Shown one piece after another: positions 17,307 to 26,174 of a DNA stretch of 43,235 nucleotides. The notes under the pieces are model-generated. The model saw only the letters and a list, made by a program, of their open reading frames with translations. It ran no database searches and had not been told where the DNA came from. A program made the position numbers and the translations under genes. Every line of letters starts with the position of its first letter. Positions within the stretch are counted from its first letter, which is position 1. Origin of the DNA: Actinomycetota bacterium (GTDB lineage: Bacteria; Actinomycetota; Humimicrobiia; Humimicrobiales; Humimicrobiaceae); NCBI GenBank assembly GCA_023488645.1, contig JAMDDL010000162.1:1-43235 (forward strand), read 5' to 3'.

Positions 17307-20300
17307 TATTCTAAATCTCCTTCTATCTCCAGCATTATTTCTCGTAAATTCTCTTTCATTTCCTCCGTAGTATTCCACATATTTCTTTCTATAGCTTCGA
17401 GCAGCCTCTCAGCAATATTATGAAGGGCATAAGGATTATGCTCTTTGAAAAAATCCTGCATCCCCTTATCAAGAGCATATGTTTGAGCCAAAGCATCATA
17501 CATCCAGTCTTCCATTGTATTGCCCGTAGCATCCCAGCCAAAAGCAATATCCACCATTCTTGAAAAATCTCCGGCTCCCTTGAAACCATGTTTTTTCATA
17601 CTTTCAATCCATTTTGGATTTAATACGCGCGCCCTGAATATATGCTTTGCCTCTTCTTTCACAGTTCTGACTTTCACTCTGTCGGGATCTGATGTATCAC
17701 ACGAATATGCCTGAGGATCTTTTCCTGAAAAATATCTTACGGCAGCAATCATACCTCCCTGATAGGAATAAAAATCGTCGCCATCCAGAAAATCATATTC
17801 CCTCGTATCTTCGTTCTTTACAACAATCTGTGTTTTTTTTAGTCTTTCCTTAAAAACTTCCGGCATAAATTTACCAAATTCTTTTTCCGAATAAGCATAA
17901 GCTCCCCATGTTACATATACTTCCGCAAAATCTTTATCATCAGTCCAAGCTTGAGAATCTATTAAATCACTGACCCCGGCACCATAAGTTCCTGGTTTTG
18001 AACCAAAAACTCTTGCACATGCCATTCCCTTGCTTTCTTCAGGCTTTATTTTTTTCTCAACGCAATTTGCGTATGTTTCCTTAAAATGCTTTCTTACAAA
18101 GTTCATCTCATCGGGTTCATCCAGCTCGATGACTTTCTCTACCGCATTATTAATCAAAAATATTATATTGGGGAAGGCATCCCGCAGTCCTCCTTCCCTG
18201 ATTGTAAAATCAATCCTTGGTCTTCCAAGCTCATTTAAGGGAATGACTTCAAACCCTTTAACTCTTCCGCTTTTATCTTCCCATACTGGCTTTACTCCGA
18301 TTAAATTAAATATTTCTCCGATGTCGTCCCCTTTTGTTCTCATAACTCCGCCGCCCCATATAATCATTCCGATACTTTCCGGGTAAGTGCCTTCTTCTTT
18401 TAAATATCTTTCGATTAACTCATCGGCAAGTTTTGAACCTGTTTTAAAAGCAGCTCTTGAAGGAACTGCCTGTGGATCAATGGAATAAAAATTCCTTCCT
18501 GTCGGCAGGATATCGGCACATCCTCTTGTTGGAGCCCCGGAGGGACCAGGCGGCACAAAACAACCGCTTAAAGCTTTGATGCAGGCGTCATTTTCTTCCG
18601 TTGTTCTTGCGAGTTTATCCAGTAATGTTAAGCTTATGTATTTAAGAACCTCATATATTTTTTTTGAATCATGGTCAAAAACCTCCCTAATTGCTTTCTC
18701 TGCAACAGCCATATCAGAGGAATAATTTAATGATTCATACTTATTAATTAACTCAGATATTTTTAAATTAATTTCATCAAGCAGTATAGCATTAGGTTTA
18801 CCTGATAAAGGATTTGTTTTGCCTCTGTTTGCAAGAATGTCTTCATAATCAAGATTGTATATTTCTGCAACCGCTTCTCTTAAAGAAGGAACTGAACCAT
18901 TTGCTAACCTTGTTAATGCTATCAGCATCTCACGAAGCGCGGAATCCTCTGGTGCATGGCCCATAATATGCAGACCATCTCTTATCAAAGTATCTTTTAC
19001 CTCACTTATATACCCGTGCAGCTTATCTATGAATTTATCAAAATCATTAAAAGCTTCTTCTTCGTCAACTTTTAAGTCGGTATCCAATTTTGCTTCTGCT
19101 GTCTTTGCCCATATTATTTTTTGCTGTGCAGGTATCTTCTTGACATCCATGGTCTTTACATCATAATAATCTTTTAATAAAACTTCTATTTCCGCCATCA
19201 TTCCATAACTGTCTGCATTATTCATAACAGGTACAAGATGATCTATAATACATGCATAACTTCTCCTTTTGGCGCATGTACCCTCACTCGGGTTATTTAT
19301 TATATAAGAATAAATATTTGGCAGATCAAGTATGGCAAGATCGGGATAGCAATTTTCCGAAAGGCCTATTGCTTTCCCCGGAAGCCATTCAAGTGAACCG
19401 TGCTTCCCGATATGCATAATAGCATCAGCTTTAAAAATATCCCTTATCCATCTGTAATATCCAAGATACTGCCACGGGGGAGATACCTCAGGATCATGGT
19501 ATATCTTTGCAGGATCTTCCAGAAAACCTCTTCTTGGCTGAACACCGATAAAAATATTACCGTTTATTATTCCCGGAATTAGCACATTATCTTTTATTAC
19601 CATAACTTTTCCCGGAGCCTCGCCCCAGTCGCTTGTAAGTTTTTCCTTATTTTCCGCAGGCAAGTAATTAAAAAAATCCCCAACCTTACTGCTATCAATA
19701 GTATCTATGGCCCTTTCTAATATTTCGTCTTCACTATTCCATCTTAAATCATTAGTTGCACTTTTTAATAACATACCCATAAGCTGATCACCTGTTTGTG
19801 GAACATCATCAACCTTATAACCCTCATCATGTAAAATTTTAAGCAGATTGGCGACACTCTGAGTTGAATCAAGGCCAAACGCAGATGCTATCTGGTCATT
19901 ACGTGGAGGGTAATTATGAAAGATAATAGCTATTTTCTTTTCCGGATTTGGTTTTTTTGAAAGTTTAGCCCAGTTTATGGTAAGGCGGGCTGCTTTTCCC
20001 ATTCTTTCCGGAATAGGAATGAATTTTGTAATCTTAAGTCCTGTAACCTCGTCTCTTTCGCTTATCTCTCTTGTACATACAGGAATTGTAATCAAATCCC
20101 CGTCAAATTCCGGAAGGGCAACGCTCCATATTATATCCATGGGATTTAAACCCTGCTTGCTTTCAATCCAATCAGAATATTCATTATATGAATTAACTAC
20201 TTTAATTACAGGTACACCAAGTTTCCTGAAAAACCATGTACGCTTATAGTTGTCATCGCTATCCCTCTCCATTGACTCAACACTGTTCTCATCTATTTTC

Positions 20301-21085
20301 GTACTACAAAGCGAAAAAAGTAACAACGATACCAGACAGTCTATAACGGTCCTGCCGTCAAGTTGAAAATAATTGGTAAAAAACCAGCCCATATCTTTAT
20401 CTATATCCTCGGAACTTGAGCCAACTGACTCAAAACATGCAAGAACATTTGCACCTTTTTTCTCAAATTCATTAATAAAGATATCAATATATGAAGTATT
20501 TCTTGTAACCCAATCCCTCTGATAAAAAACAATACCTATTGTTGGTTTATCAGGATCAATAAACTCATCAACATATGCCCTCAGATCAGGAAGATGATCC
20601 AACTTCGGATGATAAATACCAAACCTGGGAGGACTATAAGGTTCATTATACTCCACTTTCTTTATCCCGTAATAATTAAGTAAATAAAGGAATAGATTTT
20701 TGAAATTTTCTTCACCGCTATATACTATATATTTAAAAATATTCTTATATGCCTCAATACTTACAGTTGATGTCTTTATGAGATCCGGTCTTATATCAGA
20801 ACTAAAATCAAAAATACAGGTTTGTATATTCTTTTCTTCTGCTAATTTTAAAAACTCTTCATAGTAGGGAAAAGAAGTCTCACCTCCATGAAGATGGATA
20901 ATGAATATATTGCTGGAATTAGCTTCTTCGCGTGCCACACTCATAAATCCTATGTCTTTTAAAGTGTCCTGATTGATTAGATTAATATCAACAATCTTTC
21001 CATATTTTTCATTAACAAAATTCAGACCTTTAGATAAAGGTAGAAGATCACTGTCAATTACGGTAAAATAAGTTATTTTAAGCAT
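17306..21085 (-). CDS. cobN: CobN-family large chelatase subunit
   Basis: 1259 aa, preceded by the SD AAGGAG. The CobN/BchH-family segment is AIMHIGKHGSLEWLPGK (cf. THGxLEWLPGK). Size and overall pattern are typical. Confidence 0.9.
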   Translation of the reverse strand: MLKITYFTVIDSDLLPLSKGLNFVNEKYGKIVDINLINQDTLKDIGFMSVAREEANSSNIFIIHLHGGETSFPYYEEFLKLAEEKNIQTCIFDFSSDIRPDLIKTSTVSIEAYKNIFKYIVYSGEENFKNLFLYLLNYYGIKKVEYNEPYSPPRFGIYHPKLDHLPDLRAYVDEFIDPDKPTIGIVFYQRDWVTRNTSYIDIFINEFEKKGANVLACFESVGSSSEDIDKDMGWFFTNYFQLDGRTVIDCLVSLLLFSLCSTKIDENSVESMERDSDDNYKRTWFFRKLGVPVIKVVNSYNEYSDWIESKQGLNPMDIIWSVALPEFDGDLITIPVCTREISERDEVTGLKITKFIPIPERMGKAARLTINWAKLSKKPNPEKKIAIIFHNYPPRNDQIASAFGLDSTQSVANLLKILHDEGYKVDDVPQTGDQLMGMLLKSATNDLRWNSEDEILERAIDTIDSSKVGDFFNYLPAENKEKLTSDWGEAPGKVMVIKDNVLIPGIINGNIFIGVQPRRGFLEDPAKIYHDPEVSPPWQYLGYYRWIRDIFKADAIMHIGKHGSLEWLPGKAIGLSENCYPDLAILDLPNIYSYIINNPSEGTCAKRRSYACIIDHLVPVMNNADSYGMMAEIEVLLKDYYDVKTMDVKKIPAQQKIIWAKTAEAKLDTDLKVDEEEAFNDFDKFIDKLHGYISEVKDTLIRDGLHIMGHAPEDSALREMLIALTRLANGSVPSLREAVAEIYNLDYEDILANRGKTNPLSGKPNAILLDEINLKISELINKYESLNYSSDMAVAEKAIREVFDHDSKKIYEVLKYISLTLLDKLARTTEENDACIKALSGCFVPPGPSGAPTRGCADILPTGRNFYSIDPQAVPSRAAFKTGSKLADELIERYLKEEGTYPESIGMIIWGGGVMRTKGDDIGEIFNLIGVKPVWEDKSGRVKGFEVIPLNELGRPRIDFTIREGGLRDAFPNIIFLINNAVEKVIELDEPDEMNFVRKHFKETYANCVEKKIKPEESKGMACARVFGSKPGTYGAGVSDLIDSQAWTDDKDFAEVYVTWGAYAYSEKEFGKFMPEVFKERLKKTQIVVKNEDTREYDFLDGDDFYSYQGGMIAAVRYFSGKDPQAYSCDTSDPDRVKVRTVKEEAKHIFRARVLNPKWIESMKKHGFKGAGDFSRMVDIAFGWDATGNTMEDWMYDALAQTYALDKGMQDFFKEHNPYALHNIAERLLEAIERNMWNTTEEMKENLREIMLEIEGDLE

Positions 21086-21128
21086 AATATTTATCTCCTT
21101 CTTTGTTTCTTGATATGACTATCTATAT

Positions 21129-21649
21129 TTATATTACTTTTCTTGCCTTAACCTCTTTAGAGCAAAAATGTTTTATCTATTTCATTTCAGTTACAAGTTC
21201 AGGTATTTCCAATATTTCCGGTGTGGCTTTTCTTCCTGTAAGAACTGTCTCTACTTTTTCTGGATTCAACTTAACAAGTTCTGTAATATCTTCAACCTTA
21301 AGCAAATTAAAATGCACTGCTATACTAATTTCATTAAATATGGTCATATCATGTTTACCTAAAGTTATTATTAATATTATTTCCTCCAAATCTACACTGA
21401 CCATCTCAACATCTTTTTCCCCGGGTTCTTTTCTTATAAAATAACCGTTACCATACTGTTTTATTATCACATTATCTTTAAACCTTTCCAAAGCTTTAAT
21501 CTCATTATATTTTTGCTCTTTATGAATTGGGCAAAAAAGACTTTCAAACTGTATCCTGATGCTCTGATTGCTAAACCAAGTGCAGCTGTTGTTTTCCCTT
21601 TACCATCACCCGTATAAACCTGTGTGTATCCTTTTTCTAATCCTGTCAT
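21129..21649 (-). pseudogene. cobO: Disrupted cob(I)yrinic acid a,c-diamide adenosyltransferase (CobO/BtuR family)
   Basis: The N-terminal ORF carries the P-loop YTGDGKGKTTAALGLAIRA and ..QFIKSK. The frame then breaks in the T5/A5 run at 21510..21514. Homology (KYNEIKALERFKDNVIIKQYGNGYF...TGRKATPEILEIPELVTEMK) continues in another frame. An in-frame TAG at 21177..21179 precedes the conserved tail IKHFCSKEVKARKVI. Confidence 0.75.
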
Positions 21650-21771
21650 AAAAATTCCCTTACTGTTTTATAATTAAAAATATTTATATGGAAAAATATG
21701 TTTAAATTCTAAATACCACTTATTCTTGTTTTTAATTTATTTATAATAAAATTTATATGCAAAATGCTCGC

Positions 21772-21816
21772 ACAAAACAAAAAACTCCTGACTTTTCAGC
21801 AGGAGTTATATTTTTT
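21772..21816 (-). terminator. Bidirectional intrinsic terminator hairpin inside the riboswitch C leader
   Basis: AACTCCTG-9 nt-CAGGAGTT is a perfect 8-bp stem. On the minus strand it is followed by UUUUGUUUUGUG, and on the plus strand by ATATTTTTT. Confidence 0.5.
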
Positions 21817-21961
21817 AGTTCTTTTTGTTATCTTAATTGTTGTTTAATAGTATGTAGTATGTCCTAATAAATTATATATTTGTTTCCTATTAAGCTGGCC
21901 TCAATCAGATTTTTACTATTTTCACAACAAATGCATAAAGGAAAATATTTATATTGACAAC

Positions 21962-21996
21962 AAAAAAATTACACCCTTTAAGCCGAAGAGCTGTAA
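21962..21996 (-). terminator. Expression-platform terminator of riboswitch C
   Basis: The RNA reads UUACAGCUCUU-cggcuua-AAGGGUGUAA (10 bp with one bulge) followed by UUUUUUU. Confidence 0.6.
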
Positions 21997-22002
21997 CATC
22001 AT

Positions 22003-22148
22003 ATCTGTCTGCATGTTTCCTGACTTACGGGACTTTACTCTTCGCCTTCCCGGCTTATTTAAAAGCTAGTGGCATTTTGAAGAGCACACACCCGATTACA
22101 GTGGCGGTACCGCTCCAGTTTTTCACTGGATTCCTTATTCAAACAGAT
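22003..22148 (-). promoter_or_regulatory. Cobalamin riboswitch C (aptamer), upstream of cobO relic / cobN operon
   Basis: The minus strand reads UCUGUUUG(P1)AAUAAGGAAUCCAGUGAAAAACUGGAGCGGUACCGCCACUGUAAUCGGGUGUG..AAAAUGCCACUAGC..AGCCGGGAAGGCGAAGAG..GUCCCGUAAGUCAGGAAAC..CAGACAGA(P1'). Confidence 0.85.
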
Positions 22149-22589
22149 GAATAATTAAATTTCAAACAAGCATAAAAATAATTTTAGTTATTATAACAGA
22201 AAAATAAGTAATTAAAAATAAGTCGAATTGATTTATTTTTAAATAAAAAGTATCTGAAATAGTATTGTTGCTTCATTTAAAAAAGCATCTGAAATAATTT
22301 AAAAAAACGGGAGGAACTCCCTTCATAAAATAATATTAAGAAGTTCATTATGAATTTGCTTTCGGACAGTTATACTTTCCAGTGAATATGAATATATTTT
22401 TAAACTCTTTTATTATTTATTTTATGGGAATTACGGGAATTGCCTCAATTCGGGTTTACTCATTCAAATCATACCTTAGGTATGTTTTAATAAAATTTTA
22501 ATAAAATTACTTGTAATAAATTGATACATACTTTAATATTATTATGTGTTTTATCAAAAATAATTTAACTAACAGTAGTAAGGTTATTT

Positions 22590-23969
22590 ATGCTTGGGAT
22601 AAATGAAAAATTAAAAACCCTTGAAAATCAGGGGGGAACAATAAATATTGCAATATCCGGTATAGGACAAATGGGAAGCGCAATTATATGCCATCTTGGA
22701 AATATTAAATCTTTTAAAATTCTGGCAATAGCTGACAGAAACATAAATAATTGTCTAAAAAAGCTAAAAGAACTTGGATATAATGAGACTGATATTTATA
22801 CCATTGAGAAATATAACCGGAATAATTTAATAAACAATAAAATAGAAATTTCTCCGGATATTTTAAAACCCGGGACCATTAATCCTGGAAATACTTATAA
22901 AAGTGATATAAGCAAAGCTATAAGTGCAGGCAAAACAATCGTTACCAATGACCTTGTCGTACTTCCCCTCATAGAAGAGGTTGATGTAATTGTAGATGCT
23001 ACAGGTAATCCTGAGGCTGGAGCACAAATTGCACTCTTGGGTTTAATAAACCGCAAACACGTCGTAACTCTTAATGTTGAAACAGATACTGTAATTGGAC
23101 CCCTGCTAAAGAAAATTGCCGATAATTTTGGAGTAGTATATTCTGTTGCTGCAGGAGATGAACCGGCAGCGCTGAAGGAATTATATGACTTTGCAAATGC
23201 TTTAAATCTTGAAATCGTAGCTGCAGGTAAGGGGAAAAATAATCCTCTAAATCATGAAGCTAATCCATCAACATTGGAAGAATACGCAAAAATTAAGGGC
23301 GCCAGTGTAAAAATGATGACTTCTTTTGTTGACGGTACAAAATCAATGATCGAAATGGCTTGTTTCTCCAATTCTACGGGAATAATTCCTGACTGCAGGG
23401 GAATGCACGCTCCGAGGGTAGACTTAAAAGATTTAACGAATGTTTTTAGTTTGAAAAAAGATGGTGGAATCCTTGATAAAAAAGGTGTTGTTGATTTTGT
23501 GATTGGAAATGTAGCACCAGGAGTTTTCTTAATATACACAACCGAACAGGAAGTATTAAAGAAAGAACTAAAATATCTCCTGTCCAGCGACGGTCCAAAC
23601 TATCTGCTGTATAGACCATTCCATTTAGCAAGTATTGAAGCCCCATTATCAATTGCAAGAGCATATTTCTATAACGAGCCTACTATAGTTGCAAAGAACG
23701 GGCTTGTTTCAGAAATCATAACCGTTGCTAAAAAGGATTTAAAACGAGGGGAAATTTTAGATGGTATAGGTGGTTATACAGCATATGGTCTCATTGAAAT
23801 ATATAACAATGCAAAAAAGGAAAACCTCCTGCCTATTGGATTATGTGAAGGAGCAGTAGTTAAAAAAGAGATAAAAAAAGGCGAAGTCATCAATTGCGAT
23901 GCTGTTGAAGTTAATGCTGATTCAGTAATTTATAAATTAAGAAAACTTCAGGAAATATTAATAAGCTGA
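22590..23969 (+). CDS. NAD(P)-binding oxidoreductase with a C-terminal SAF domain (homoserine-dehydrogenase-like, COG4091 type); candidate DXR-like (DRL) enzyme
   Basis: 459 aa. The N-terminal Rossmann loop is IAISGIGQMGS. Other family segments are DVIVDATGNPEAGA, AAGDEPAA, AAGKGKNNPLN and FVDGTKSMIEMA, followed by a C-terminal SAF-like beta domain. It is the first gene of an isoprenoid cluster. Confidence 0.55.
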   Translation: MLGINEKLKTLENQGGTINIAISGIGQMGSAIICHLGNIKSFKILAIADRNINNCLKKLKELGYNETDIYTIEKYNRNNLINNKIEISPDILKPGTINPGNTYKSDISKAISAGKTIVTNDLVVLPLIEEVDVIVDATGNPEAGAQIALLGLINRKHVVTLNVETDTVIGPLLKKIADNFGVVYSVAAGDEPAALKELYDFANALNLEIVAAGKGKNNPLNHEANPSTLEEYAKIKGASVKMMTSFVDGTKSMIEMACFSNSTGIIPDCRGMHAPRVDLKDLTNVFSLKKDGGILDKKGVVDFVIGNVAPGVFLIYTTEQEVLKKELKYLLSSDGPNYLLYRPFHLASIEAPLSIARAYFYNEPTIVAKNGLVSEIITVAKKDLKRGEILDGIGGYTAYGLIEIYNNAKKENLLPIGLCEGAVVKKEIKKGEVINCDAVEVNADSVIYKLRKLQEILIS

Positions 23970-23987
23970 TTTTAAAGGTTGTTAACA

Positions 23988-25037
23988 ATGATGCAATTAC
24001 CGGCAATTTTTGAAATATATAAGCCCTATATAGAAAAAGAAATAAAATCCTTACTTAGCAATACAGAGCTGTTAAAGATTTCAAAAAATAAGATTGCTCT
24101 TTATGAAATGATGGCTTACCACATGGGCTGGGCTGATGAAAATGGAACAAAGGTAATATCAAACAGTGGAAAATATCTAAGAGCTACTCTTGCATTGCTT
24201 TCCTGTGAATCAATATGCGGTGATTTTAAAAAAGCATTACCGGCAGCTGCTGCGATAGAATTAATTCATAACTTCTCGCTTGTCCATGATGATATCCAGG
24301 ATGGAGATGAAATAAGAAGACACAGGCCAACCGTTTGGAAGATATGGGGAAAACCCCAGGCAATAAATGTAGGAAGCGCGATGAAGACACTCGCAAATTT
24401 ATCAGTACTTAATCTTCAAAGAAATAATATCCCGCCAAATAAATTAATTGAAATTTTAAAAATTTTGGATGAAAGCTGTCTTCGTATGCTTGAGGGACAA
24501 TTTTTAGATATAGACTTTGAAATAAGACCGGATGTTGACATTGCTGACTACCTTAAAATGATAGAAAGAAAAACCGCAGCATTAATTGAATGCGCCCTTC
24601 AAATTGGTGCAGTTACTGTCATAAATTATTCAAAAATTAAACCATTTAAAAATTTCGGAAAATATTTAGGCCTGGCATTTCAGATAAGAGACGACATCCT
24701 CGGAATTTGGGGAAATGACAAAAAAACAGGCAAACCAAGTGGAAACGACCTTAGAAAAAAGAAAAAAACTTTTCCTATTGTTTATGTTTTATCAAATGCT
24801 GACAGGATTTCAAGGCAAAATTTTCTTAAAATTTACAGTAAAGAAATTATTTACGATGAAGATATAGAAAAAATACTTGATATATTAGGTAATTTAAACA
24901 TCAGAGAAATCAGCGAAAAGAAAACAGAAGAATTTTATAATCTGGCTTTAGCCGAAATTAAAAAGCTTCCCGTGAATACTGAAAAAATAATGTATTTTGA
25001 AGAAATATCAAATTTTCTGATAAATCGTGATTTTTAA
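23988..25037 (+). CDS. trans-Prenyl diphosphate synthase (FPP/GGPP synthase family)
   Basis: The first Asp-rich motif is LVHDDIQDGD and the second is IRDDILG. GKPSGNDLRKKKKTFP is also present. ATG 23988 (after AAAGG) is preferred over the TTG at 23979. Confidence 0.8.
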   Translation: MMQLPAIFEIYKPYIEKEIKSLLSNTELLKISKNKIALYEMMAYHMGWADENGTKVISNSGKYLRATLALLSCESICGDFKKALPAAAAIELIHNFSLVHDDIQDGDEIRRHRPTVWKIWGKPQAINVGSAMKTLANLSVLNLQRNNIPPNKLIEILKILDESCLRMLEGQFLDIDFEIRPDVDIADYLKMIERKTAALIECALQIGAVTVINYSKIKPFKNFGKYLGLAFQIRDDILGIWGNDKKTGKPSGNDLRKKKKTFPIVYVLSNADRISRQNFLKIYSKEIIYDEDIEKILDILGNLNIREISEKKTEEFYNLALAEIKKLPVNTEKIMYFEEISNFLINRDF

Positions 25038-25075
25038 ATATTTTTTTATTTAATAAATTTTTTTTATTTAATAAA

Positions 25076-26173
25076 ATGCCTGACAAAAAAAACTTTTTAC
25101 TTAAAGAAGAAAATAAACTTGATAAAATAGATTCAGAGCTCTCAAACGGCAGGAGAAAAGAAGAACACCTGTTTATAGCATTAAATAAAGATGTAAGTTT
25201 TAAAAAAACAAATTCCGGATTTGAAAACTACTATTTTATTCATCAGGCACTTCCAGAAATAGATCTGAATGAAATTAACCTTTCAACCGATGTTTTTGGG
25301 AAAAAATTAAGGTTACCCCTTATGATCTCTCCCCTTGTAGGCGGAATAGAAATCACAGGAGAAATTAATAAAAATCTGGCTAAAGTCGCCAGCATATGTG
25401 GAATAGCAATGGGTGTTGGTTCGCAAAGAACCGGCATAGAAAATACTAAAACTGAAAAGACATATCAGGTAAGAGATATTGCCCCGGATATTCTTTTGTT
25501 TGCCAATCTGGGTGCCGTTCAATTAAATTACAGTTTTGGAATAAAAGAGTGCAAAAAGGCAATAAATATGATTGATGCAGATGGTATAATCCTTCATTTA
25601 AATTCACTTCAGGAAGCGTTTCAACATGAAGGAAATCATAATTTTAAAAATCTCCTTATGAAAATTGAAGAAATTTGCAGATCAATAGATCACCCTGTTA
25701 TTGTCCGCGAAGTTGGTTTTGGTATCTCCAAAGAAGTGGCCGGCAAACTTATCAAAACGGGGGTAAGCGGGATTGATGTTGGTGGTGCCGGAGGAACATC
25801 CTGGGTTGAAGTTGAAAAGTTAAGATCAGGCAGCAGTATTATAAAAAATGTTGCTGAAAGTTTTTCTAACTGGGGAATTCCAACAACAGAAAGTATAAAA
25901 CTGGTAAAAGAGGCAGTTTCAAAAAATAATAAAATCCTTGTTATTGCCAGTGGCGGAATTAGAAGTGGTGTTGATGTGGCAAAATCTATAGCACTGGGAG
26001 CAGACATTGCCGGAATAGCACTCCCTGTTCTTAAAAATATACAAGTCTCTATTGAAAGCTGTATAAATTACATTAAGGAAATAGAGATGGGTTTAAAAAT
26101 TGCAATGTTCGGAATAGGCGTATTAAACATCAATGAATTAAAAAATACAAGATACCTGAAAGAGAAAACATAA
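25076..26173 (+). CDS. fni: Type-2 (FMN-dependent) isopentenyl-diphosphate delta-isomerase
   Basis: 365 aa with a TIM-barrel pattern. Motifs are MGVGSQR, REVGFGIS, VGGAGGTSW and ASGGIRSG. Confidence 0.85.
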   Translation: MPDKKNFLLKEENKLDKIDSELSNGRRKEEHLFIALNKDVSFKKTNSGFENYYFIHQALPEIDLNEINLSTDVFGKKLRLPLMISPLVGGIEITGEINKNLAKVASICGIAMGVGSQRTGIENTKTEKTYQVRDIAPDILLFANLGAVQLNYSFGIKECKKAINMIDADGIILHLNSLQEAFQHEGNHNFKNLLMKIEEICRSIDHPVIVREVGFGISKEVAGKLIKTGVSGIDVGGAGGTSWVEVEKLRSGSSIIKNVAESFSNWGIPTTESIKLVKEAVSKNNKILVIASGGIRSGVDVAKSIALGADIAGIALPVLKNIQVSIESCINYIKEIEMGLKIAMFGIGVLNINELKNTRYLKEKT

Positions 26174-26174
26174 A

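Noticed and set aside
21177-21179. In-frame TAG codons within otherwise homologous sequence (cobO at 21177, the chlI-D relic at about 7274, and the SBP relic) suggested TAG reassignment or pyrrolysine.
   Set aside because: TAG cleanly terminates several full-length genes: the LVIVD gene, ahbB, the ahbC-like gene and hemA. The small ORF ends in a tandem TAG TAG at 10365..10370. All in-frame TAGs sit in loci that carry other lesions, so pseudogenisation explains them.
22388-22501. A 37-aa hydrophobic ORF (MNIFLNSFIIYFMGITGIASIRVYSFKSYLRYVLIKF) upstream of the isoprenoid cluster, plus a GGGAG-gaa-CTCCC hairpin at about 22309..22325.
   Set aside because: The ORF has no RBS and no conservation evidence, and its composition is what AT-rich DNA yields by chance. 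The hairpin has only 5 bp.
25041-25075. A tandem duplication of a 17-18-nt unit (TTTTTTTATTTAATAAA) between the prenyl synthase and IDI-2 genes.
   Set aside because: It has only two copies of a pure A/T low-complexity unit. Replication slippage is the likely cause, and there is no evidence of function.
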